Notes: a model not told the origin generated them from the letters alone. Shown: positions 9,939 to 21,183, numbered from the stretch's first letter. The stretch: DNA of 64,000 nt from Methanocaldococcus sp. 16A (GCA_049860595.1 CP187551.1), one strand, 5' to 3'. Numbers and translations are program-made.

Positions 9939-11120
9939 CAACAACAAACCTGAAAATATTGCTAAGAAACTTCCATATAAAAATGTTATTTCTGGATTTA
10001 TTTTCCATAGATAACCAGCTATCAAACTTGCAGGTAAGCTCGTTAATCCTACTACAGTATAAAACAGCCCCAAAGCTGTAGCTCTAATATCTTCTGACGA
10101 TAAATCAGATACATAAGCTTTCTGATTTCCAGCAAATGAGGCATAGGCAATTCCATATAAAGCAAACAACAATATTAAGCTTTTTTGAGACATAAAGTAA
10201 GCAAATCCTAAAGAAGTAATTCCATAAAGTATATATCCTAACGTTAAAACACTTTTTCTTCCAATTTTGTCTGATAAAATTCCAAATGGGATTGAAAATG
10301 TGGCATAAAAGATGTTATATAAAATATAAAGAGCTATAGGAATTACAATAGCCATCTTCTCATCCACTATCATTAAAAATTCTTGAGCTCTTAAAATATA
10401 AAACATATAGCTAAAATTACTTAAAGTAAATATGGCTGAGATTAGAATAAATAGCTTTAACTCTTTTGACAAGTTTTTAATTCCAACTCTAAATGTTATT
10501 TTGTTATTATTATTGGAAACTATCTTTTTTTCTTTAACAAAGTATAAAGGAATTACAGCGAGAAATCCAATAACTGCTGCTATTAAAATTATCTGATTAA
10601 ATTTATACTGGAAAAATAATATACACAATAGCGAAATAGTAGAGCCCAATATAGCTCCTGCAGTATCAAAAGCTCTCTGTATTCCAAAACCTTTACCCAA
10701 AGTTTTAGGCATACTTTCAGATATTATTGCATCTCTTGGGGCAGTTCTTATTCCTTTTCCCATTCTTTCAAGGGATGAAAATATAATTGCCGATAACCAG
10801 CTTTTTGATAAACCTAATAGCAGTTTAAACATTGAAGATGTTAAGTAACCTAAAATGACAAATATCTTTCTTTTTCTTACTTTATCTGAATAATAACCAA
10901 TTAAAACCATCAAAATATTTGAGATAAATTCCCTCAGACCTCCAACTAAACCAATTGATAAACTTCCCCCTCCAAAACTTGTAATAAGCATTGGCAAAAT
11001 TGGCATTATCATCTCACTACTCATATCATTCAAAAAGCTTGTAAATCCTAATAAATAGACATTTTTAGATAATTCCTTATTATTCTTTTGTAAATTTTGT
11101 TTTTCCACATTTCTCACCAT
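9921..11120 (-). CDS. MFS transporter
   Basis: Hydrophobic repeats, SDKVRKRK and SDKIGRK motifs, GKGIRTAPRDA. Confidence 0.88.
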   Translation of the reverse strand: MVRNVEKQNLQKNNKELSKNVYLLGFTSFLNDMSSEMIMPILPMLITSFGGGSLSIGLVGGLREFISNILMVLIGYYSDKVRKRKIFVILGYLTSSMFKLLLGLSKSWLSAIIFSSLERMGKGIRTAPRDAIISESMPKTLGKGFGIQRAFDTAGAILGSTISLLCILFFQYKFNQIILIAAVIGFLAVIPLYFVKEKKIVSNNNNKITFRVGIKNLSKELKLFILISAIFTLSNFSYMFYILRAQEFLMIVDEKMAIVIPIALYILYNIFYATFSIPFGILSDKIGRKSVLTLGYILYGITSLGFAYFMSQKSLILLFALYGIAYASFAGNQKAYVSDLSSEDIRATALGLFYTVVGLTSLPASLIAGYLWKINPEITFLYGSFLAIFSGLLLLFLKT

Positions 11121-11231
11121 AAAATAATGGAAAAGAAGTTAAATAGAATTTTCTCAATTTATATGCTTAATTATAAAGATTTTATTTCTATTTCTACAAA
11201 AATTTTATTAAAAAATAGTAATGGCTAAGTA

Positions 11232-11276
11232 ATAGGACTCTCGCAGTTTATACATTTATTTTTGTGAGAGTCCTAT
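11232..11276 (+). mobile_element. MITE copy 2, internally deleted (45 bp)
   Basis: ATAGGACTCTCGCA...TGTGAGAGTCCTAT with TAAGTA direct repeats. Confidence 0.7.
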
Positions 11277-13102
11277 TAAGTAGAAACTTTTCTTGCAATG
11301 TATCCGCCTACAAACCCTATCAATCCTCCAACTATTGCAGATATGATGACAGCAATACCGTTATTTTGTTTTGTAGCAGTTTCTTCATTAGCACTAACAA
11401 TATTCTCATTTGTATTAATTATATTAATTTCATTCTCAAAACTTTCTTTAGTTCCTTTATTATCTTTATTCAACTCTTTTACCACATCTATATCCATTTG
11501 GGCATAGTAAGAGCTATATTTATAGTACATAATCTTTGATATGTTGTCATCTAAGCTATTTGCATATTCATAATAACCAAGGGCTGATATTGGAGTTATT
11601 CCTAAGTTTTCAGCCAAGTTTATTTTATTTCTTGAATATTTTTTTAAATATTCTATATCTCCAAATATAACTAATGGTATCTCTGCTTTTACGCAAGTGT
11701 CTATGCTTTTAGCTATTGCCAATAGATAATCTTTTTGATTATAAGCTTTTTTTGCAGATTCTAAATCATTTTCAAGCTCTCCAGTAACTAAGTTAGGATA
11801 TAATGTCTCTACATAAGTTGAAATTGTTTCAGCATTATCTAAATACTGCTGAGCTAAAGATTTTAATTTAGATTCAGATATTCTTTCACTTTCATTGTTT
11901 TCATATAAAGAAACCCACCACACTGCACTATCTCCTCTTAACTTTGCAAAGCTACCGTATTTTATTGCATCATCATAATGCCCTAAGTAATAGGATTTCC
12001 AAGCTTTGTCTAAGAGCTCTTCAGCTTCAGCAATTCTAACCCTTCCTGCCAGTATCTCTTCAAAGTTATCTACAGTTAAATTTTTTGAATAAACTACTTC
12101 TTTATCATAGTTTATCTTATTTTGAACATTTAAGAGGTAATTTTTTATATCTTCTTCACCAGTTAAGTATTTTAAGGTGTGTTCAATAGTTTCAAGTTTA
12201 ATTAATGCATTAAATGCTGAACATGTTGCAGAATAATATTTGTTATTAATATATTCTTGATTAGCTTTCTCTAATAAGGTTTTTGAAGCTGTTAGCTCAG
12301 ACAACAACATTTTTTGATATTCATAACTAACATACACATCCTCTAATTCTTTGGATACATTTTCATACTTTTTATTGGCTATTTTTAAGACTTCTTCACT
12401 TAATTGTTTCATTATTTTTTGGTATTTATCCTCAATAATAGGATTTTTAGGATATTCTTTCATCAAAATTTTTTTATTTGTAAAGTAAGGAATTGCATCA
12501 TAAATACTTCCAACTTCTATAACCTTAATCCCCAATTTTTTACCAAATTCTACTGCATCTACTTTATTACCATCAACTTCAATATACCTCTGCCCTTTTG
12601 GTATTAGCATAATTGTACAGTTTGCTTTTTTAGCTGCTTCTATTTTTTCCAAAATTCCTCCAACAGGTCCTATACTACCATCCGGATTTATTGCACCAGT
12701 CATCATAACATTTCTATTTAAAGTCCAATTCATTAATGCACAGATAATCCCTATAGTCATTGTTCCTCCTGCTGATGGCCCTCCAACAACTGGAACATCA
12801 CTTCTAACAATAATGTAGGTATTGTATTTGTTTATGTCTTTTCCTGTTACTTCTCCTGCCACTCTCGCAGCGATTCTTGCAGAGCCCTGCATGTCTAATT
12901 CAGTTAAAGGCATAGTATCCATGAAAACGTGCCCATCTCCTTCAGTAACATTTATTTGTATATTTATTGGAACCCCCACATATCCTACATCTGTTAAAGA
13001 CACTGCTGGAGCTTTTATAATTACTGCAAAAGCTGAATTTAAAAGAAATGTTATTAACAGCAAAGCCAGCATTTTTTTCATAATCTCCCTCCAAATATTC
13101 AT
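11276..13102 (-). CDS. Secreted, membrane-anchored S16 (Lon-like) serine protease
   Basis: Signal peptide, GPSAG catalytic Ser, GPVGGILEK catalytic Lys, C-terminal TM helix. Confidence 0.88.
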   Translation of the reverse strand: MNIWREIMKKMLALLLITFLLNSAFAVIIKAPAVSLTDVGYVGVPINIQINVTEGDGHVFMDTMPLTELDMQGSARIAARVAGEVTGKDINKYNTYIIVRSDVPVVGGPSAGGTMTIGIICALMNWTLNRNVMMTGAINPDGSIGPVGGILEKIEAAKKANCTIMLIPKGQRYIEVDGNKVDAVEFGKKLGIKVIEVGSIYDAIPYFTNKKILMKEYPKNPIIEDKYQKIMKQLSEEVLKIANKKYENVSKELEDVYVSYEYQKMLLSELTASKTLLEKANQEYINNKYYSATCSAFNALIKLETIEHTLKYLTGEEDIKNYLLNVQNKINYDKEVVYSKNLTVDNFEEILAGRVRIAEAEELLDKAWKSYYLGHYDDAIKYGSFAKLRGDSAVWWVSLYENNESERISESKLKSLAQQYLDNAETISTYVETLYPNLVTGELENDLESAKKAYNQKDYLLAIAKSIDTCVKAEIPLVIFGDIEYLKKYSRNKINLAENLGITPISALGYYEYANSLDDNISKIMYYKYSSYYAQMDIDVVKELNKDNKGTKESFENEINIINTNENIVSANEETATKQNNGIAVIISAIVGGLIGFVGGYIARKVST

Positions 13103-13162
13103 AAAACTACATTAACAACATTAATACATAAATAATTAACCTTCCCATAAATAAAAATAGTA

Positions 13163-13269
13163 TAGGACTTTCACAGTATATGTATTAAATTTGGAACTTT
13201 GACACTTTTAGGTATCTATATTCATAACATAAAATATAGAAATATAGTTTATTTCTCGTGAAAGTCCTA
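13163..13269 (+). mobile_element. MITE copy 3
   Basis: TAGGACTTTCAC...GTGAAAGTCCTA with TAGTA direct repeats. Confidence 0.75.
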
Positions 13270-13294
13270 TAGTAAAGAAAATGTAGTGATGATT

Positions 13295-14754
13295 ATGGAA
13301 AGAGAAAGTTGGAGTACTAATTTGGGATTTATATTGGCAAGTGTTGGTTCCGCTATTGGATTAGGGAATATTTGGAGATTTGGATATATGGTTTATACAA
13401 ATGGTGGGGGGGCTTTTTTAATTCCTTATATAGTTGCTTTACTCTGTGTGTAGGGATTCTATTAATGGTTCTTGAATTTGCTATTGGGCATTATACAAAA
13501 AAATCTGCACCTTTAGCTTTAGAAAAATTATATAAGGGTTCAGAATGGGCAGGATGGTTTGCAGTTATTTCAGGGTTTATTATAACAAGTTATTATGTAG
13601 TTATCATAGCTTGGTGTCTCTATTATTTGATAATTTTAGTTATCTATGGCTACCCATCTGACCCTAATACTTATTTTTTCCATAATATATTGCAAATATC
13701 ATCTGGTGTGGAGGATATTGGTGGAATTTCTTATGGAATATTGGCATCTACTTTATTAGTTTGGGGAATTGTAGCTTTAATTATAAGTGCTGGAGTTAAA
13801 AATGGATTGGAAAAAGCAAATAAGATAATGATACCTTTCCTTTTGTTTTTAGTGATTTTGTTAGTTTTAAACGCTTTAACTTTGCCAGGGGCTTTAACTG
13901 GGATTGAGTGGTATCTAACTCCTAATTTTTCAGCACTACTTGATTACAATGTATGGTTAAGTGCATTTTCACAAATATTCTTCAGTTTATCTTTAGGATT
14001 TGGTATTTTAATTGCCTATGCAAGCTATCTACCTAAAAAAAGTGACTTAACAATAAATGCATTTACAGTATCTCTATTAAACTGTGGTTTCTCATTTTTG
14101 ACAGGTTTTGCAGTATTTGGGACACTTGGATATATGAGCTACATAAGTGGAATTCCTTTAGATAAAGTTGTTTCTGAAGGAATAGGATTGGCGTTTGTTA
14201 CATTTCCAAAGGCATTATCTCTATTACCATTTGGAAGTAAGATATTTGGGATAATATTCTTCTTAGCTTTGGTTTTTGCTGGAATATCATCAGCTGTTTC
14301 AATTGTAGAAGCTAGTGTCTCAGCAATTATGGATAAGTTTTCATTAAGTAGAAAAAAAGCTCTGCTCTATGTTTTAGCTTTATTTGTTATTATTTCACCA
14401 ATATTTACAACTGGAGCTGGGCTGTATTATTTAGACATCATTGACCATTTTGCTTCAGGATATCTCCTCCCAATAGCTGCAATTTTAGAAATTATAGTTG
14501 CTATATGGTTATTTGGTGGAGATAAGATTAGAGAGTATGTCAATAAACTTTCAGAGATAAAGTTAGGAGTCTGGTGGAACTACTCAGTAGGAATTGTTTC
14601 ACCAATGATATTAGCAGCTGTTGTGTTGTTAGACGCTTCAAATATCATAACATCAGGTTATGGAGGCTATAAAACAATATATGTTATATTGGGGGCTTTA
14701 GTTATTCCATTAACGTTTGTTATAAGTGTTATACTTCAAAGATTAAAAAAATAG
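13295..14754 (+). pseudogene. Sodium-dependent NSS (SNF) transporter, frameshifted
   Basis: ATG 13295 MERESWS...[12 protein letters not shown]...GGGAFLIPY ends at TAG 13451; the rest is in another frame; an extra TG in TGTGTGT at 13445-13451. Confidence 0.8.
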
Positions 14755-14770
14755 AGTAGAGGGATAAAGA

Positions 14771-14893
14771 ATGAATCTTGGAGCAATAGCAATGTTTATA
14801 TTTGGTGCGGTAATTTTATGGGGAGGAGCAATTTATTTCTTATGGAGGTCTATGAAAAGTAAAAATAACATGAAAGAGGAAGAAACAAAGTAA
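14771..14893 (+). CDS. MetS-family small subunit of NSS transporter (40 aa, absent from ORF track)
   Basis: MNLGAIAMFIFGAVILWGGAIYFLWRSMK... single TM helix with LWGG motif, directly after the NSS gene, with RBS. Confidence 0.75.
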   Translation: MNLGAIAMFIFGAVILWGGAIYFLWRSMKSKNNMKEEETK

Positions 14894-14901
14894 TCATTTA
14901 T

Positions 14902-15303
14902 TTATACCATTCCAAAAACTTCAAAATATTTTTTCTGCCTAACAACCATTACTGGAATGTTGTTTTCTATTAATTTTTCTTTAAGTTCTTTATCATTTGT
15001 TGCTACAATGACATTTTCGTTTTCTTTTGCATAATTTAATATTGCTTCATCTGCATAACCTTCATGGTTAATTAATTTATAGTTTTTTATTTTTGCAAGA
15101 GCTAAATTAATTGCTAATTTTTCCTTACCTTTTAAATCTCCGCTTCTTAATAACTTCTCCAACTCTTCCTTTACAGGAGAGAGAATAACAATTTCAAATT
15201 TTGAATTTATAGCTCTTTCTATTTCATAATCAAAGTTTATCTTATGCTTAAAAACATAAATTAAAAAGTTAGTATCAGGAACTATTTTGTATATGGCTAT
15301 CAC
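14902..15303 (-). CDS. PIN-domain protein (Fcf1/VapC9-like)
   Basis: PDTNFL, EELE, ADEAIL, VATNDKELK. Confidence 0.85.
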   Translation of the reverse strand: MIAIYKIVPDTNFLIYVFKHKINFDYEIERAINSKFEIVILSPVKEELEKLLRSGDLKGKEKLAINLALAKIKNYKLINHEGYADEAILNYAKENENVIVATNDKELKEKLIENNIPVMVVRQKKYFEVFGMV

Positions 15304-15321
15304 CCGAAATAATTATTCTAA

Positions 15322-15410
15322 TAGAACTTTTGCAGGAAAAATTTTTTGATTGAATATAGACCTTTAGGTGTCAAAGCTCCTTATTTAATATATAAACTGC
15401 GAAAGTCCTA
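15322..15410 (-). mobile_element. MITE copy 4
   Basis: TAGAACTTTTGCAG...CTGCGAAAGTCCTA with TTCTAA direct repeats. Confidence 0.75.
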
Positions 15411-15421
15411 TTCTAAGAATT

Positions 15422-18400
15422 TTAGGATTCATTAACCTTAACCTTTGAAATTCCACTTTCTTTTGTTACGTTGATTATAGTGTCTGCAACATCTTCAAGT
15501 TCTCTATGGTGGGTTATAATTATCATCTGTGGAATGCTTTTAACTTTTCTAAATATTTCAGCTAACTTAGCTCTTCTATTTTCATCTAAATATACTGTTG
15601 GTTCATCTAAGATAATACAGTCAATTTTACTCCCAATTAAAGCGTTAGCTATAGCCAATCTTAAAGAGAGAGCAACAGCTATCTGTTCTCCTCCACTTAA
15701 ATTATCTATAGTTAAAATGCCGTTTGGTGAATGAACCTTTATCTCAAAATCTTCAGTAAGTTCTACAAAGCTATATGGTAAATCAAACTCGTTAAATGCT
15801 TCATTTAAATATTTCTGGATTAATGGAACATATTTCTTCCTAAGATACTTTTGAAATCCATCTCTACTAAACACACTTCTAACTTTATTTAAATAGTTAA
15901 TGAACTTTATTAATTTCTCTTTTTCTTTTTCCAACTCATATAATTCCTTTAATTTTTTGTTTATATTTTCAATATCGTCTTTTAAATATTTTATTTGAGA
16001 TTCTATTTTTCCCATTTCTATTTCAGCATTTTTAAGTTCATTCTGCTTTTTTTCAAACTCTTTCTCTATTTCTATATATTTTTCATCAGAATAATTTATC
16101 TCATTGAGTTTTTGATTTATATAGTTAATTCTCTCTTCTATGTCTTTAATTTTTTCATTAACTTCTAAAATTTTATTGTTTAAGTAATTTTCAATATCTT
16201 CTTCTCCATATCTTTTTTTGATGTTGTTTAAAGTAATTTCTGCTGAATTGCATCTCTTATATATATCCTCAAGCTCATACGCTCTCTTTTTATAGCTCTC
16301 TAATTTTTCATTTAGTGATAAATATTCCTTATACATTCCTAACTTTAATAACATTTTATTTTCAATTTCTTTGAATTCATTTTCTTTCTTTTTAAGCTCT
16401 ATAATTTTATCTTTTAAATAAGACACTTCTTTTTCTTTTTCTCTTAGTTTTTTTAGTTCTTCTCTGCATTTTTCTTTATTCCATCCTTTAACTATCTCTT
16501 TAATGTTTTCAATTCTCTCTTTAAGATTTTCTTCATTAACACTATTCAAATATTTCATTGCAGACACATACTCGTTATATTTATCTTTAATTTCATTTAA
16601 TTTGGATTTAGCTTCCTCTAACAATTCATTTATTGATTTTCCATTGATAACATAGATGGACAGCTGATTTTCAACATCTTTTAGCTCTTTTTCAAGCTCA
16701 TCCAATTTTAACTTTAAACTTTCCAAATTCTTTTGTCTTTCATAGTATTTAGTTTCAAGCTCTCTAAGCTTTTTCTCTTTACCAATTTCATTATTTATTT
16801 TGTTTATTTCATTCTCAATTTCAATAATTTTTCTTTTTATTTCTTCTAATTCATTGTATTTATTATTTAATTGAGCTTTATGGGAATATATTAAATCCTG
16901 CTTTTTATTCTCGTCTATTGGTGTTTTACACAATGGACATTTTCCTTCAACATCTTTAAGCTCTTCTAAAACTTTATTTATATTTTTAATTTCATTATTA
17001 ATTTCACCAATTTTTTGTTTCAACTCTTCTTTTTGTTTTTGTAATTGAACAAGTTCATCTTTCTTTTTCTCAATATCTTCTAATGATTTTTTGATTTCTT
17101 CAATATTCATAGCATTTAACTCAATCTCAATTTTTTCAATTTCATAGGAAATATTTTTTATATTATCTTCTAATGATTTTTTATTTTGCATTAATTTAGT
17201 GCATTCTAAGTTTAATTTGCTATATTCGTCTATTTTCTTCTCCAATTCTAAGTATTTCTCATAGTATTCTTTATATTCATTAGCAACTTTTTTATATTTC
17301 TCAATCTCATCAAGCTTTTCATGTAGATTTTCAAGCTCTCCAAGTAGTTCCATAATATTCTCAATTTTCTCAATATTTCCTTTAATATTCTCTAAAATCT
17401 CATCTAATTTATCAATCTTATCTTTATATTTACTTTTATTAATATATTCTTTTAAATTTTTAATATCCTCTTCAATAGTTTCTAATCTCTTAGACAACTT
17501 TAAGTATTCTTCATAAGTTGGTTGTAAATCTCTTAATCTTCTCTCAATTATTCTAATTTCATCAATTAAGGATTTATATTCTTCATATTCATTTTTATAC
17601 GCTTTTAAGATATCTTTTACTTTTAAAACTTCATTTAAATCATATTTTAAGTTTTCAAGTTCATTAGTGGCGAGTTCTAAAGCTTTGTTTCTTTCTTCAA
17701 GTTTAGTTATTAATTTTTCATACAAGGATTTTTTATTTTTCCAATCTTCAAAATTCTTTTTAGCAGTTTCAAATTCATCCCTACTTTTATCTATCCTACT
17801 TTTGATTATTTCAAGCTCTTTTTCTTTTTCAGATAACTCATTTTCTTTATTTTTTAATTCATTCTCATAATTTTTTTTCTGATTTAGATTACCTTCAATT
17901 TCTCTTAACTGTTTTTCATACTCACTAATAACATCTTTCATTTTTTGGTAGCATTTTTCTAAATCATCAATTCCCAAAAGCTTTCCAATAACTTCTTTTC
18001 TTTCAGATGGCTGTAAATTTAAAAGATTCGCTATTTCTCCCTGCTTAATATATATGGAATTTAAAAATATGTCCTTATCTATTCCCAAAATATCAGAAAT
18101 TGCTTTATTAACCTCACTAACTGTTCTTGCATATAAAGTTCCGTTTTTATATAATTTAGCTGAACTTCTTCCGTTGTATTCTCTAATAATTTTATAGTTA
18201 TTTCCATTAACTTTAAAATCAAGTTCTACTGTCATTGCTTTTCTATTTTTAGTTATAACTGCATCATAACTTAATCCCATTTTCTTTAAAGCATCAGCCC
18301 CAAATAAAGCAAAAAACATAGCCTCAAATATTGATGACTTTCCACTACCGTTTTCTCCAATAATAGCAATAATTCCTTCATTAAAGTCTATTTTTGTATT

Positions 18401-18451
18401 AACATGGCTTTTAAAGTTGTTCATTTTTATACTATTTATTATCATAAACAT
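15422..18451 (-). CDS. rad50: DNA double-strand break repair ATPase Rad50
   Basis: GENGSGKSS, long coiled coil with CPLC zinc hook, LSGGE, ILDEPT. Confidence 0.95.
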   Translation of the reverse strand: MFMIINSIKMNNFKSHVNTKIDFNEGIIAIIGENGSGKSSIFEAMFFALFGADALKKMGLSYDAVITKNRKAMTVELDFKVNGNNYKIIREYNGRSSAKLYKNGTLYARTVSEVNKAISDILGIDKDIFLNSIYIKQGEIANLLNLQPSERKEVIGKLLGIDDLEKCYQKMKDVISEYEKQLREIEGNLNQKKNYENELKNKENELSEKEKELEIIKSRIDKSRDEFETAKKNFEDWKNKKSLYEKLITKLEERNKALELATNELENLKYDLNEVLKVKDILKAYKNEYEEYKSLIDEIRIIERRLRDLQPTYEEYLKLSKRLETIEEDIKNLKEYINKSKYKDKIDKLDEILENIKGNIEKIENIMELLGELENLHEKLDEIEKYKKVANEYKEYYEKYLELEKKIDEYSKLNLECTKLMQNKKSLEDNIKNISYEIEKIEIELNAMNIEEIKKSLEDIEKKKDELVQLQKQKEELKQKIGEINNEIKNINKVLEELKDVEGKCPLCKTPIDENKKQDLIYSHKAQLNNKYNELEEIKRKIIEIENEINKINNEIGKEKKLRELETKYYERQKNLESLKLKLDELEKELKDVENQLSIYVINGKSINELLEEAKSKLNEIKDKYNEYVSAMKYLNSVNEENLKERIENIKEIVKGWNKEKCREELKKLREKEKEVSYLKDKIIELKKKENEFKEIENKMLLKLGMYKEYLSLNEKLESYKKRAYELEDIYKRCNSAEITLNNIKKRYGEEDIENYLNNKILEVNEKIKDIEERINYINQKLNEINYSDEKYIEIEKEFEKKQNELKNAEIEMGKIESQIKYLKDDIENINKKLKELYELEKEKEKLIKFINYLNKVRSVFSRDGFQKYLRKKYVPLIQKYLNEAFNEFDLPYSFVELTEDFEIKVHSPNGILTIDNLSGGEQIAVALSLRLAIANALIGSKIDCIILDEPTVYLDENRRAKLAEIFRKVKSIPQMIIITHHRELEDVADTIINVTKESGISKVKVNES

Positions 18452-18460
18452 CCCCTAAAT

Positions 18461-19570
18461 TTAGAGTTTATTTGCATTAAAAAATTTTTTGTAATAGTTA
18501 TCTAATAGTTCTTTCCAATCTTCATTATTAACAAGAGATTTATACAAATTTAAAACCAAATCTCCATCAAGATTTTGTTTTTTAGCATAATCCAACAAAA
18601 GTTCTTTAATATTTATGGATTCAATGTCAATATCTTCTGAAATATCAATTAGTTCATCATCCACTACAACAACTTTATTAACTAAAATTTTTTCTTTTAA
18701 AGTCTCAAACCATGGTTTAAATTCTCTTTTAATCTTTCCAAAAACAATTGGTTTATTTTTGCATTTGTTTATCTTTTCTATAGCATCACTAAGAGTTTTT
18801 TGGTCTCTAATATTCACTTCTATAAATTCTCTACACTCAATATTAATTTTTTCAATATCATTAATGTCTAAAGAATTTTTACTAAAATCAACTAAATAAA
18901 AACCTTTTCCATTCTTTTTGTAATCTTCATACTCATTTCTATAAATAATTTCTGTTGAACCACCATAAGATAAAATTCCATCATTAAATCTCTCTAAAAT
19001 CCTATTATGTATATGCCCAAACGCATAGTAAGAAAATTTTGGTAAATCAAAATGCTCTAACTCATAATCAAATGGAATATATGGATTAATTCCCTGATGA
19101 AGCATCAATATTTTCTTTTTATATTTGTTAGATTCAACTTCAAATTTTTTTAATTTCTCTACTAATTCCTCTCTTTTGCTCTTTCTGTGATAGTATGTTC
19201 CACAGATAAATATCTCCTCTCCATTTACATTTATGACATCATAACCATTTAATATTTTAACATAGTCCTTTAATAAAGCTAATGGTGATTCTCTTCCCAA
19301 TCTTTTAGGCATTTCATGGTTTCCCCCAATAATATAAACTTTTATATTTTTCTCATGCAATTTTTTAAATGCCTGCATGGCTATTCTTAAAGCCTTTATT
19401 GGAGGCCTTAAATCATTAAATAAATCCCCACTATGCAAAACAACGTCTGGCTTTATTTCTAAAATTTCTTTTATACATGAAATAAATGAGTTGTATATGT
19501 CTTCCTCTCTTTCATCTAAATTATACTGTCTATAACCTAAGTGATTATCAGCTATATGAACAAACTGCAT
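18461..19570 (-). CDS. mre11: DNA double-strand break repair nuclease Mre11
   Basis: ADNHLG, SGDLF, GNHE, HQG, GHIH phosphoesterase motifs; adjacent to rad50. Confidence 0.95.
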   Translation of the reverse strand: MQFVHIADNHLGYRQYNLDEREEDIYNSFISCIKEILEIKPDVVLHSGDLFNDLRPPIKALRIAMQAFKKLHEKNIKVYIIGGNHEMPKRLGRESPLALLKDYVKILNGYDVINVNGEEIFICGTYYHRKSKREELVEKLKKFEVESNKYKKKILMLHQGINPYIPFDYELEHFDLPKFSYYAFGHIHNRILERFNDGILSYGGSTEIIYRNEYEDYKKNGKGFYLVDFSKNSLDINDIEKINIECREFIEVNIRDQKTLSDAIEKINKCKNKPIVFGKIKREFKPWFETLKEKILVNKVVVVDDELIDISEDIDIESINIKELLLDYAKKQNLDGDLVLNLYKSLVNNEDWKELLDNYYKKFFNANKL

Positions 19571-19609
19571 TACCTCACCTCATTTATAAAGTTTAGTTTA
19601 TAGGACTTC

Positions 19610-20304
19610 GAGACTGTCAAGATAAAGATTAAATAAATATGTGTAAATAAAGGAAGATATGAAACTTACGATAGAAATGTTAAAGGAAGGGATTAAGAAG
19701 ATAGTTAAAAGGAATAAGAAGTCGATAGAGATTAAAATTTTAGCTGGAATTTTGTATTATTTAGGATTATCGTTAAGAAAGGTTAGTTTGTTTCTTTCTC
19801 AATTTGAAAGTATAAGTCATGAATCGGTTAGAACATATTATCACAAGATTAAGGAGATTTTAAACGAGCCTGAAAGAAAGACAAGAAACCTAATAGCAAT
19901 CGATGAAACTAAACTAAAGATTGGAAATGAAACTATTTATGTATGGTCTGCTATCGATGTGGGTTCTAAAGAATGTTTAGGTATCTATGTCTCTAAAACA
20001 AGATGCTACCTCGATACAATCTTATTCGTAAAAAATATATTAAAATTTTGCTCGAATAAACCAAAGATTTTAGTCGATGGTGGCAAATGGTATCCGTGGG
20101 CACTGCAAAGATTAGGACTAAAATTCGAAAGAGTTCGATTCGGTTTAAGAAATTGTGTCGAAAGTTTCTTTTCCCTACTCAAACGAAGAACTAAATCTTT
20201 CTATAATCGATTCCCAAGTAATACTAAATTCTCAACCGTCATTAGCTGGCTCGTATCTTTCTCCTCTTTCTATAACTTCTTTCTCTCCTTATCTTGACAT
20301 CGTC
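19610..20304 (+). mobile_element. IS6-family insertion sequence, 695 bp
   Basis: 16-bp imperfect IRs GAGACTGTCAAGATAA and GACGATGTCAAGATAA (reverse complement); 9-bp duplication TAGGACTTC at 19601-19609 and 20305-20313. Confidence 0.88.
19659..20297 (+). CDS. IS6-family DDE transposase
   Basis: [27 protein letters not shown]; stop codon inside the right IR. Confidence 0.9.
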   Translation: MKLTIEMLKEGIKKIVKRNKKSIEIKILAGILYYLGLSLRKVSLFLSQFESISHESVRTYYHKIKEILNEPERKTRNLIAIDETKLKIGNETIYVWSAIDVGSKECLGIYVSKTRCYLDTILFVKNILKFCSNKPKILVDGGKWYPWALQRLGLKFERVRFGLRNCVESFFSLLKRRTKSFYNRFPSNTKFSTVISWLVSFSSFYNFFLSLS

Positions 20305-20395
20305 TAGGACTTCTAAAGGAATAAAAATCCATGAGGAAAGTTGATGCCTTTGAAAATCTAAATATCTTAACAAATATATAAGTGCGAAATTCCTA
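20305..20395 (-). mobile_element. MITE copy 5, interrupted at its end by IS6
   Basis: TAGGACTTC...GTGCGAAATTCCTA, 91 bp. Confidence 0.65.
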
Positions 20396-20478
20396 TAATA
20401 GCAATATAAATTATTTTAGCATAAAATTTAAATATGTTAAATTTGCTTTAACAGTTTTTGATATCAATGGTGGTAATT

Positions 20479-21183
20479 ATGAGAGTTATAGGAGTTATAG
20501 GCTATAAGGATTCTGGTAAAACTACACTAATTGAAGAAATTTTAAAACAATCTGATAAAAAAATAGCTGTTATTAAACATGCAGGAGAAGATATAGAAGT
20601 AGATAGAGAAAAAACTGACACTTACAGACTATCAAATGCAGGGGCTAAAGTAACTGTTTTATCAACTGACAGCAAAACAGTATTTTTTACAGGTAAGATG
20701 GATTTAGAGAATATTTTAGCAGAGTTATCAGATTATGATATAGATTTTGTTATCATAGAAGGTTTTAAAGAAGCTTTAAAAAGATTAAATATTCCTAAGA
20801 TAGTTATGCTTAAAGATAAAGAGGGTAGTGAGCTAATTGATGAACATACAGCAATGGTAATTGAAGATTACAACTACAACATTGATGATGTTTTAAAGAT
20901 TATTTATGAAAAAGCTACAATCCCCACAATGAACTTAAACTGTAAACACTGCGGGTATAATTGTAAAACATTTGTTAAGGCAGTTGTTAAGGGAGAGGCT
21001 AAGTGGGATGATTGTGTATTAGCGAAAGGTATAAAAATAATTGTTGATGGTAAAATAATCCCGGCTGTTCCTTTTGTATCTAAGATTGTTGGTAACACAA
21101 TTAAAGCAATGGTTGAGTCATTAAAAGGTGTTGATAATCCAAAGACCATTAAGGTTGTGATTGACATTTCTAAGATAAAATAA
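20479..21183 (+). CDS. mobB: Molybdopterin-guanine dinucleotide biosynthesis protein B
   Basis: GYKDSGKTT, AVIKH, IEGFK, C-terminal CKHCGYNC Fe-S motif. Confidence 0.88.
   Translation: MRVIGVIGYKDSGKTTLIEEILKQSDKKIAVIKHAGEDIEVDREKTDTYRLSNAGAKVTVLSTDSKTVFFTGKMDLENILAELSDYDIDFVIIEGFKEALKRLNIPKIVMLKDKEGSELIDEHTAMVIEDYNYNIDDVLKIIYEKATIPTMNLNCKHCGYNCKTFVKAVVKGEAKWDDCVLAKGIKIIVDGKIIPAVPFVSKIVGNTIKAMVESLKGVDNPKTIKVVIDISKIK

Noticed and set aside
13451-13453. Pyrrolysine or amber read-through in the NSS gene
   Set aside because: The downstream coding sequence is in a different frame, so this is a 2-nt insertion, not an in-frame stop.
9578-20395. CRISPR array interpretation of the recurring repeats
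   Set aside because: Copies are dispersed, have terminal inverted repeats and target duplications, and lack regular spacers.
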